Below are positions 1-11,400 of a DNA stretch of 45,425 nucleotides, one piece after another. The position numbers and the translations under genes were made by a program. Source of the stretch: Catajapyx aquilonaris (Eukaryota). Within the stretch, counting starts at the first letter, position 1, and the number at the start of each line of letters is the position of its first letter. The stretch is taken from positions 1 through 45,425 of the forward strand of contig JYFJ02003175.1 of the NCBI GenBank assembly GCA_000934665.2, read 5' to 3'. Below the pieces are notes generated by a model that did no database searches, was not told where the DNA came from, and saw only the letters and a list, made by a program, of their open reading frames with translations.

Positions 1-185
1 AATGTTGTAGCTAATGGGTCATGTGCTGTCCCCCAGGAGGTTAGGTTGCCAGACACCTCCTTGGTGCAGGTCAGAGACCCTCCTGACGCAGGTGAAAGGA
101 AAGTTCCCCAGGCGGGGATCGAACCTGGGGCCTTTCACTCAGCAAGCCGTGACGTTACCATCTCGGCCACCACACCTCCCTGGAC
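1..185 (-). mobile_element. tRNA-derived SINE fragment (head near 98-177, body runs off the window edge)
   Basis: Minus strand reads GGTGGCCGAGATGGTAACG...GGTTCGATCCCCGCC, i.e. pol III A box (TGGCCGAGATGG) and B box (GGTTCGATCCC), without a clean cloverleaf. Confidence 0.6.
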
Positions 186-190
186 CCTAA

Positions 191-351
191 AGGCCATTTC
201 ACAAAAAAATGTCGCGCGGCAAACGGAGCGACTTGCGGCAATTTTTTTTGATATATTTATTGTTGCCAACAATTGGCAACAATAAATATAAATAAAAAAT
301 TTGCCGCAAGTCGCGCCGTTTGCCGCGCGACATTTTTTTGTGAAATGGCCT
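191..351. mobile_element. Palindromic MITE, PIF/Harbinger (Tourist)-like
   Basis: About 55-bp near-perfect terminal inverted repeats (AGGCCATTTCACAAAAAAATGTCGCGCGGCAAACGG...) with a palindromic centre. TAA lies on both sides (188-190 and 352-354), the TSD typical of PIF/Harbinger. Confidence 0.8.
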
Positions 352-681
352 TAACAATTAGTGATGTGTTTCAGTAACATCAGTCATATTTGGTGACACG
401 AGTTGTGACCCATGTTAGGTTTAATATTATGTTAAATTTGAAACCGGGTATACGAGTATGCATGCTTGCGAGAGAAAATATGAGGGCTGTTTCTCAGATT
501 TATCACTAATTTGAGGGGATCCAAATTCTGAGACATGTGACTGATGGAATGTCACGCGTGTTTCTGGTTGCACATTCCAGGAAAACTAACCTTCCATAGT
601 TGCACTATCCTCGTCTTCCTCCGTCTTTTGATGTGTATGTTCATTGGGTTTTGGTCACTTCCACTTACTGAAAACAATTCA

Positions 682-1172
682 CCAGGGCCTCGTTCTCAAA
701 ATTTTGGCTGTAGGGGCCCCTTTATACAGCACTGTACTTTACGTAGCCAACTTCCAAACTGTTCATACGCATTTTTAGCCCTTTTCCTTTTTCCCATCTT
801 GAGTGATCACAATTTCAGGGTGAGAGAATTAGTGTGTGCCTTGCAGTGCATACGGACAGGGGACAAGGCATATCGGCCATTGTCTTCACGGTTGGGCCAA
901 CGGGGAACAGGACCAAACAGGGGGGGCCCAAATTGGCGAATTTCTATTACAAAAAATTTGAAATTTAGAAAATGGGCCTCCAGAAATAATAGGGCTCAGA
1001 GTCCCCGAATATGTGAAGATGGCATTGGGATTGGGGTGTTTAGCCCAGTAAGTCTCCATCGGCTGGTAGGCCCAGGGCATTCACGACAGAGTAAATCCCC
1101 CCCGGGCGGACTTATCCCTCAGAGACCCGGGGCAAGTGTACCCATCAGCTGCCCCCCCTCCGCAGGGTCCTG
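682..1172. mobile_element. Degenerate non-autonomous DNA transposon remnant (CAGGG...CCTG ends)
   Basis: Begins CAGGGCC, ends GGGTCCTG, with several internal GGGCCC-type motifs. No clear TSD. Confidence 0.35.
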
Positions 1173-1644
1173 CTCATGTTAATCGTATTTTAAAAATTCA
1201 ATATCTCACCAAGGCAATTTTTGTTGTTCATGAGCACTGAAGTGGGTTCCACTGCATTTCGCATTGTGAAATCCTCGTAAGCATTATCTACAGTATATCC
1301 ACTAGACTGACTAGAGTGTAGCGGTTATTTGACCAAAAAGATAAAAAATAACCTCACTATGAGTTTAAAAATTAAGGAATTTGACTTTCGTGCATACAGA
1401 CCTAACACTGCCATTTTGAATCTATAATTTTGTGTTAATGGATGGAAATCAATATTAATTAATATTTCTAAATCATCAAAACTCAACCAAATATCTTTGA
1501 GTGTTAGTCTCTATAACCCTAGCGTACAAATGCAATCAAGAAATATAACAAGTCTGGCAAACCAGAAAGCCATTTTATTCCATGAAATATCCACACATGC
1601 TCAGCTTATCAGGCGAATGTGGCCCCAGTCGGATGGTGACGATC

Positions 1645-1818
1645 TTGGCCAATGTGCGTGCTTCACGAGAATACTGCAAGTAAGCCAAGTTCAAGTGCGG
1701 TCGCCGCACCTGCTCATTTGGCTCCAGGCCATTGGCTCAAATTGAGTCTGTATATAATACACTTGTGCTACAGTTTAGTCAACTAAACTACAGGAGGACC
1801 TGACCATACATTTCACAG
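1645..1818 (+). promoter_or_regulatory. Putative promoter and non-coding first exon of the acidic protein gene
   Basis: CCAAT near 1649, reverse CCAAT near 1731, TATATAA near 1752, and a CAG|GTGAG donor at 1818/1819. Confidence 0.35.
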
Positions 1819-2167
1819 GTGAGACTATACAAGGTGCAATGTAATAATTATATTTCACTGAAGTGCGGATTAAAAAGTGCATTGTCCTGTGAACTGCTGG
1901 ATGACTTGCGGCATAATAACTGCACAATGCAAAACGACACTTGATTGTTCCCACATAATTACTATTCGCTGCAAGTAGCTCGTTTAGTATTGTCTTCCTT
2001 TCTTGTGACGCAAATAGGAAGCACAGGTCGTTGCAATCCACCTGCTTAAACTAATGATGATTCGGATCTGCTGGGTGGAACATGCTTGTAGGTTGATGAT
2101 CCGGATACTAAAACATTGATATAAGCTCGTGTGTCAATCAGGACTTCGTCTGTACAGTATAGCAATC

Positions 2168-2995
2168 ATGGTGAGGAAAGTACTAGCAGCTGCAGCTTTT
2201 GCTTCGTTGCTGCTTGGAGAGGTGAGTGTGTCATTAGATTTTGCTTCGGAGAGTTCGCCCTAGTCATTGCGCAGCATGCAACTCCAGATCTCCAGTGCTA
2301 AGGAAATATTATGTGACTGCCAAAATTTGTATTAAATTTTCCAGAATGAGTTGGCTGAAGAGGATTACATGGACCTGGTCATACTAGGTGACCGGTATTC
2401 TAAACTCACCATGAGTTCTGATAATGTGACAGCGGCTGAGCTTCATGAAGAACCAGAAGAGCCCCAAGAAGAGGAAGAAGCAGCAGCAAGTGAAGATGCT
2501 GTCACAGAAGACGAACCAGCTCCGGATGAAGATGCACCAGCAGAGGACGATGCAGCCGTGGAAGAAGGGAACACAAATGACGCACCGGGTGAGGAAGATG
2601 GGAATGCAGACGAGGCAACAGGTGAGGAAGGTGGTAATGCCGAAGATGTTGAAGAGGACGTCAATGCTACGCAGGATGAAGGTATTGGTAATGACAGTGA
2701 AGAAGGCGCCAGTGAACCTGTCCAAGAACCGGAAGATGAGCCTGAAGAGGAGGACAGTGCGGTAAACGATGCAGAGGCAGAAGAGGTTGCAGATATTATT
2801 GCAACAGTGCTAGACGGCCAGGAAGGTGAGAATGCTACTGATGACAATGAGCCGCACTTTGATCTGCTCGAAGAACTGCAGGACCCGGCTGACAATTCCA
2901 CAAACGAGGGAGAAACCAGGGACACAGCCGAGAAGAAACCAATGACAAAACGCAAGCAGTTTTTTGCCGCCCTCCTCAAAGCTCTCCGCTCGTAA
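2168..2995 (+). CDS. Uncharacterised acidic (Glu/Asp-rich) secreted protein, about 234 aa
   Basis: Exon 2168-2221 (MVRKVLAAAAFASLLLGE, signal-peptide-like, GAG|gtgagt) joins in phase 0 to exon 2345-2995 (ttttccag|), which contains the 214-aa acidic ORF. A further in-frame 45-nt intron at 2388-2432 is possible. Confidence 0.8.
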
Positions 2996-5418
2996 AAACC
3001 CAACAAAAGACTTGACCCTCCCATTATTTTATTATAATTTCTGTTACAGTATCTTATTAGTATATTTTTTTTCTGACATCTTTGCATCGAGTAACTATGT
3101 ACAAGTTACGGCTGCCCAACAAGAATATTCTTAACAGTATGCATCTCTTTCCACAGGTTTTGGTTTCCACATTTAGAATTGCACAGTTGAGTATAACAAG
3201 CAGCATGTGTGTTTCTCTCTGACTCGAAGATTATTAACAAGACGTATACAAACATGGAACACCAATTATAACTAGGTTTGCATTTCACTGACCATAGAGG
3301 AGTAGATCTACAACATACATATTTTACATTCAACCCCAAATTTTGTTGGCTGAACTCGGGTTCTCTCTTTTTTTTTTCGTTCACTTTGCATGCTAGTCAA
3401 AGCAGGAGGACAAACGCAAAAATGTCTGAGGTGTGCTACGTTTGGATATGAGTCAGTACTAATATGGCACTTGAACTAAAAAGTCATGCTAAAGTAATAA
3501 AAAAAAACATACTGCGGATAAATACAAGCACGATATGTTTCCACAACGTACACATACCTGCATGCAGTTATGGCTAATGAAGCGTAATAAACTCTACAAT
3601 ATTCAACTGTAGCAAGAGAATAACAAAAACAAAAAGTAAACGTCTCTTTAAAACAGAGAATAAAATATCAATCATCTCCTCTAACCATATGGCAAATATT
3701 TTTGTTTAAATTTGTGATTGTACTGTTGCATCTTTGGAAAGGTAATAATAAAGTTGATCCAACAACACTGTTGAAATGTAAGTAACTGAGGGCAACAAAA
3801 TACTGATCCCGATGCAATAGAAGTAATTTTTACTAGTAAACGGTCGAGAGTTGACAGTATGAGAAGAGGACTAGTGAAGACCAATGTTTGCAAAATAAAG
3901 ACATCTAATCACCAAGATTGTCTGCAAGTCATTGATGTCGGAGATTCAAAAATCACAGATCGTAAAAGCCTTGTCAAGAAATAAAACAAGACACCCAAAT
4001 TGGGATTGCCCCTTTTTTCGCAGGACCCGCGTCACTTCTATTTATAGGATGTAGAGATGAGGCCTACTTATGTTATTATTATTTTTCCCCCAAATACACA
4101 CAATCCAATTGGTCTCTAACAATCTTGAGCATCCTTCAGGGTATGAAGGCATTTGCCGTGCCTTTCTTAAGAAGTTATTATTATTTTTCTTTTCTTTGTA
4201 TACAAGGAGAATGAACTAACTGAAACAATCTCGAGTAGATACAGGCACACACAGAGAGGTGCTAGCTATCCTCGGCCTAGACACAACATTTGTTTTTCCA
4301 TGATGATCAAAAATTTGACAGATTGGAGTGGATTAAAATGTAAGAGTCGCCAAAAAACTTGCGAAGAAGGTTTACGTATAAATCCAGGAGGTGCATGCAA
4401 ACTAAGTAACTGGTCACTAATGGTTCGACTCACTTGCACCCTTTGGTTCGGTAAATTCCACAAGTGCCTCTAGAGCTACCTGTCTCTATAAAGTGCGTCA
4501 AGGTTAGCGTAAACCAGCATCCAAAAACAATAAACCCTGAGACTGCCTTAGTACCAAAAAAAAAGGAGAGAGTATGCATTGCTTGTTTTAATACCCCCAC
4601 ATATGCCTAGGTAAAAAAAGGTACAAGTGAGCCAAGAAAGCAGCTTACTCTAGAGTTGTCAGTAAGTTACAATAATCTCCATAAACACATATTCACACAT
4701 TCATCCATCCAATCACATGGATGCATGCACAAATATCTACAGTGTTATTTTTTTTTTGCATATAAAACTGCAAAATATACAGTAATCCATTCTTTCTCAC
4801 CCGATTAATCAAGTGAATGTTATTACATACACTATGCACCTTGGTTATTTTTTTTTTTATGCAGCATGACAGCAACGTTTCAATGCCTACAAACAAGTCG
4901 GCAATGGAAAAACTATAACACTACAAGTCAGAAGCTTCGACAAAGCGGTAACAAAAAGAGAAATACTGTATGAAAAGTGAAATGGACGTAACAAATGCTC
5001 ATTTTTTTTTTCATACCTGTACAATAAACAAGAGCCACCCAATACTTGAATATCATACAAATGATGGCACTTGGTGCATATTTAAAAAATTGCTCTACAC
5101 AAAAGACTGCAAAAAATACAAGGCCCACTTACAACTGGAACTGAGACATGGAATTTAAAAATCTTTGAAAAAAGCACCAGCATCATTTTAACGTACGGTC
5201 ATCACAATTTTTCTGCCCCGTCAAGTTCATTTCTTTTTATTTTAACTCTCCGGCTTCTCCTAACCTGTGTCGAGCCAGAAATGGATTCTGATTCCTACAA
5301 TTTGATTACACACGGGAAATAATAAACTTCACTTTTTGGTTCTCTAGCTCCCCTGACCCAATATATATATTTTTTGTCAATCCCTTCCCCAACCCTTGTC
5401 CCTGTTCTCAGTCATTTC

Positions 5419-8400
5419 TCACTGTCCTTCTAACTTGGATGGCGTCCCTGATGCACTACTTCCGTGGGTGGTCTGGTGACTTGACAGAGTCCCTGATGCA
5501 GGAGGTGATCCCTCTGGCTGTGGAAAACATCAAGATAATTTAGCATCAATGCCACTAGGCACACAAGCTTGAAGCACCGCCCTAACAGAGGATTATTCAT
5601 GCAGGGTAGTTCGGTGTATAGTCCAAGGATAGTCCCGAACAAAGACAGGGATTCACACTGGGAGTACAGCGTGAACATTTGTTTGCCTTCAGACTACCCC
5701 TGGACTATCCCAGAATATCCCCTACATTGTCTGCAAATTACTTATGCTACAATTTGACACTGTGGTAGGCGGGGTCCGGAAGGAGGATGGGGAGGGAGGA
5801 TTGAACATGCAATAATTTGCATATGTTTTGCTCTGAAACACTTCCCATGGCACCATGCATGCAGAACTTTAGGGGTAGTCCACGAATTCAAAAAATGAAG
5901 GTGCCAGAACAACACATGTCTAAGAAAGAGGTAGGACAAAGGAAACACATGAGATTCAAGATTGTACGTACAATGGTGTCCAGCTTCTCCTCCCCTTCTT
6001 CGTACTCGTCCTCTTCTTCCACCAAGATGGGCTCAGCACTCAGAAGCAGGTTGTCCTTGGAGGGTGCAGCGCCCTGGCTCAGGATGCTCTTGGCGCTTCT
6101 CTTCTTTCGCCTTGTGAACACCCGTGCCAGCTGGGCAAATTTCTTCCTGGACACTAGATGTAACAAGGATTCACGTATTTCAAGAAGCTTACTCTCCTCA
6201 AAGTTTCAGCTAAAGTCCCGCAGTGGTTCATTCTTAACATTAGTGAATAACATCAGTCAGAAATATAAGCATAGAAAAAAGGAGGATATATAGTAGGTAG
6301 GGGAGTGAGTAATGTCCATAGAGTCAAACAAACCAAAACTAAATGGCCAACATACTTTTGCCCATGTTTCTCAGCTTCTCCTTGAAAAGGGCATCATCGT
6401 CATGAGGACTGGGCATATTCTTCGTGTAAGGGAAGGCCCCCATAATCTCTTCGGGAGGGCTTTCCAGAGTTTCGGCTTGTTCTGAAATATTGAAAGCAAA
6501 GTTTTAAAAATACGAACTTCCTGAAACAAAAAACCACAACAAAAATGTTTTCTTTGAAAAGTACAGATGTATTCAAAATATGCAGAGTGCAGAATATGCA
6601 TTTAAAAATGTTACTCAATAACAATGAATGCTTCACATGTGGATATCACATCAATTGACTGGGGCAATGAAATCATCCAGCTGCTAATGGAAGTCTATCA
6701 TCACTTCAAACATTTCTTAAAAATATAAAATTGACTCTTCATACTGTTAAGTGTCCTGCACAATTCAGCAAGCACTCTTATTAGCGTACAAAAATGCAGG
6801 CTACACACGTCAAAACTCAAACAGCCAAAAACAGGTGCATGTTGCAAATCACACTAAGTTGCCAAAAAAGTGTCACTTTGTTGGAATCCATTTGGCAGGA
6901 AAAAAATCAATCATGCAATCAAAACTCTTACCATCATCGCTGGAACCAATCTCATCTGAATCCTCGCTCGAGGTGTGGCTCCAGCGCCTTTGCTGATGTC
7001 GCTGAGAATCTGTCAAGTTACATTCGGAAAAAAACTCAAGCAAACGAAAAGACAAACAAGCAATTAAAATCATTCCGCCTGATTGCTCAATGCAAAAACT
7101 AAAGGGGGAGCCAAAACTGGCAAAAAAATCAAGCAGGCAGTTCACGGCAGCAAGCAAGCCCCTACCCTTTTCCAAGCTGGTCATAAAATCCTTGTTCCTT
7201 CTGAGCTCCTGCATGAACTCCTCGTTTTGAAGGAACAGGGCGATCCTCTCATCCTCCAGGTACCGAGCGAGCTCTGGATCATTCAGGTCAGCCAGTGCCC
7301 CCCGCTTCTGCTTGTTCTCCGCATACTTTTGCTGCAGAAACTGGTGGCTGAACACCACATTCTGCTGGGATAAAGAACAGAAACATTAAGTCACTGCCAT
7401 ATCGCACTTTGGAGAGTTTGGGACAGCAACAATTTAAACAATCCTTGAACAGCTATCCCAACACCACTATCTTCTACCTGCTCCTTGAGCTCAATCTCAT
7501 CGCACTTGGTGGCCGCAATGTACCGGTTTTGTCTCTTGATCCACCTGTGCCGGGTCCTTCGGTCACACCATTTCTCAAATTTCTTGCGGACCCACTGCCT
7601 TGCTTTTTTGGCAGGCCAGCACAAGAACTCTAGGAACGCGCAAGGGCAGCAACCTTTGCTCACTCGCTTGACATGCAACACAACACCGTTGTCACCAGTT
7701 TCAAGCACAACCTCTTCCCTCATTGTTCTGACACAACTGATATGTCACCACGCACATGCAAATACAGCAAAGGTGCAGCCGTTCATGGCAGGGTGCCACC
7801 GACATTAAAGCAATACTTCTAACCGCATCGGTATAGCTTCCTGATAACTCCAGATAATTCTCCTATCTCACAAAACGAGGACATAACTCCACATATTGAC
7901 ACCCCAGTCTGGTGTGGTCCTCTTCTCAAGTGATAAGTCTCATTATCGCCAAGTCATGCCCCTCCAACAATCAGGCAGCCCCTAATGAATATTAACCCGG
8001 TATTAATGCCACATTCACGTCACTCTCCCTCGATAGACATGAATTCTCGATCATGTCATGCTTTTTAAGCCTGCTTAAAAATTAGCAACAGTCCTTCTCC
8101 GGTCTCCAACGCAATACTGATTTCACTTTTCACAGTGCATGACCACCACAGGACACTTCAATCATCCAACTGACGTCATAACTTCAACGCTCGGATGAAC
8201 CACTATTTTGGTCAAAATAGACACGCGCTGTATTTTCGTAAATATATTTTTTTCAAGGCCTCCTTTGTTTCGCAAGCACTGCTCTTCCAGTTCCGTCACA
8301 CTTCACACACTCAGGATGTGCAGGGCAACTCGTATGAGGACCCTGCATTATATGCGACCTCCCGTGTGCTTTCATGTGTGGAGACGCATATATAAGTGGA

Positions 8401-11400
8401 GAGAAAAGAGAACAGGTCCACTCTGGTTTACACCGGGTTTGACATCCCCCTTTTATTCTATTGTAATGTAGATATCTAGCAGGTGATGTGATAATTGGTT
8501 AATTTCATGCTGGAATTACCCAAGAAAATTAAATACTGACTGAGTTATTTCAAATTTATATAAACAAAATTCGAGATTTTCCACCACCCCTGGGTGGTTA
8601 GTATATCGGTAATCCCACCCGAGACGACACTTGGGATGACCAAAACTCCACACTTGGGATGCAAAAAAATTTTAAGCAACTACTGTTTCCAAACATTCCC
8701 GTGTGTATAAATAGCAGATTGGGCAAAACAGAAATTTTTGTACTCCCACCACACTATTAATAGAGCAGACCTTGAAATAGTGTGAGTCTGGCGAACCCTT
8801 TGCTTTTGTCTCTGCCAGGCCATTGGGAAACAGAATCTCCATTGGACACGCGATAATTAAGACTCGTCCACTTTTTCACATAATTAAGCTAATGAGGTGG
8901 CGCAGTAATAAAAAAAATTGCTCCGAAATGAAGTGGATATCACGGCTTGAACTCCATCGCATGCCAAAGTCCCATATCGCACGTGTTAATAAACATGTAC
9001 CTACACATAGCCACTCTAGATGATCACCAGTAATGTTGTTGGAACCACGGAAAAAAAACTCGTCAACGTTCCATTAGGAAATTAAGCAGGTTCGTGTATG
9101 ACTCAATTTGCGGTGTGCGCACTCAATATTGCAGGAAAAAAATTGCAGCAGATTTTTTTTTCTTCAGATGGTTAAGTGTGCGACATGAAAATGGGAGGCC
9201 AATCAGATAATCATATGGCCAGGAAACATTATTGGAGGAAGTTCAAAAATCGATAGGCAATTTTGCAGTGGACTGCTACATAATTTGGGGAGGTAATTTT
9301 AGCCAGTTTGACATCAGGATTGATCCGATATTCACACGCCATCACGGGACGAACCATGACACACTACTAAAAATAGTGTGGACGTCTTCCACAGTACTAC
9401 TCACTCAGAAGGCTCTTACAGAGATTCAATCTATTGCTTTCAAGCCACATCACTTTAAAAAATATATATATTTAACATAACGTATTTTTCTTTTTATTAG
9501 AAGTGAAGAGCACAACTAAAAATCTAACAATTATTGTACAAATAGGACGCTAATGTTATTGGGACAGTTCCAAGTAATTCTGGTTTGGTACAAATTCACT
9601 TGTCTGAACACTGAATAGAATCTACACTGATGGTGAGCTTTGATTACAATAAGTCCATCATGAGACAATGCTCATGGCATGCACATGGCAGCATACCATC
9701 CTTGAGATTATGTTAAAGCAGCTTGTTTTTCTCTTCAGGGGAAATTTGGCATACATCACTGGTGTTTACGGCCTTGTCATGCCATGCTTTACTAGCTAGC
9801 CCGTGGGGCAATCTGCACACAAATGCCACCTGATGAATGGTAAATTCATGCATCCTTCAGTTCAACATCACAGCCAGTACCACAAACATAATGACTAAAA
9901 TTTCTTACACAGATACGGATATGAGGCTTAAGAAATACATCTGTAGTACCAGTAAACATTCACGGTTCAATTTCCTCTGCAGTAGTTCACTTACTCCTCT
10001 GATCACCCACAATAATATCTGAATATGATATCATTGATATGAAGCCAGGCCAAACATGGAGTTTTCATGCTTTGCATATGATTATCCATGTCCACAATGT
10101 AGTGACTGTCAACAGTTATTATTTGTAGTGTTCCACTCAAAGTAACGAGCATATAAAAGGTGTTATTTTTTCCATATTGCCAGGTTAGATCATACGTTAT
10201 GATGTGCATTTTCTTATTCAACCAGCTGAGTCTGTATATTCATAAATGACACAATGCCCTGCAGCCCAAAATCTCGAAAAGTAGCATGCCAGGCAGGGAA
10301 GGGTGTAGGCAAGAAATGGTTCTGGTGGGTCACGATCAGAACATATGCCAATAATATTATGCTGCATAATAACATGAAAGTAAATCCTTATGAAGTGGTA
10401 CAACTTGGTTGCTTGACCATTTTTCAAACAACATGATTTTTTGTGAAATCACCCTAACATGTTGGTAGTAAAACTTCTATAAGTCGAATCTCCATGGGAC
10501 CGAAGAAAAACTTCGAGTAACAGAAGATTCGAGTTAGAGAAGTTTGGATTTTTTTAAAGCACAGATCTCTATAAGGAAGCCTACCTTTATATCCTGTGAC
10601 AAAATGTGTTCAATACTTAAAAATAACTGTCACTATCACACTTACAATGTTCCTCGTTTTGTTGTAAGAAAATCCCCGTTATGGACATTAGCCTACTCTT
10701 AGATTCAAGGATTCAATTGTCACAATCGAGACAAACACTTCTTTCAGTACGTCTGGTATAAGATATAGATGGAGATCAGGAAATTGAGCCTTTCTGTACA
10801 GGTGGCCTACTCTGGACCCTTCGGCTGGGAAATGAAACAATTTTCCGTACTCGCCAACATGAACTTCGACTTAGGGAGACTGAAAATGCATTGATATCCC
10901 ATCGAAAGGCCCTGCCTGCACTTCGAGTTAGGGAAGTTTATTTCCTATTATTTTACATTGTGACCAACCAAGCTCATTATTTGCTTCGACTTATAGAGAA
11001 CTTTGACTTAGGGAGGTTCGACTCATAGAAGTTTTACTGTCGTTCAAAATGACCATTATTTTAATTTCATTCGTTTTGGTTTTCGCTAAGTGGCCACATT
11101 TGTTTTAGATGGCTGAGTTGTTTTCTTCGAAATTTCAAGGCAGAAACTGAAATATCTCAGTCTCTATTAATCTTGTCATCATGGGGTGAAAGGAAATTTC
11201 TTCCGAAATTACCTGGCTAAGAATGTTGATTATTAGGCATTTTGACCTAAATTAAATCCTAGAAGGCGAAAATACTGCCAAATTCTTGGCTCGTGTTTTT
11301 TAAAGTCCCATATTCACAGGGAAATCATTGCAGGAAGAAAGAGAGTCTGTAAGTCAGACTCTGTTTCACGAACAGCTAGGAACTAGTTGTGTTTGTACAC

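Noticed and set aside
544..1182. 212-aa ORF
   Set aside because: Overlaps a repeat remnant, with no recognisable domain or supporting splice structure.
2443..3087. 214-aa Ser-rich minus-strand ORF (and 2384-2725)
   Set aside because: Antisense shadow of the GAA/GAT-rich acidic gene.
3000..5400. Possible 2.4-kb CUEDC1 3' UTR overlapping the acidic gene's 3' end
   Set aside because: A nearer minus-strand AATAAA exists at about 5236, so the overlap cannot be supported from sequence alone.
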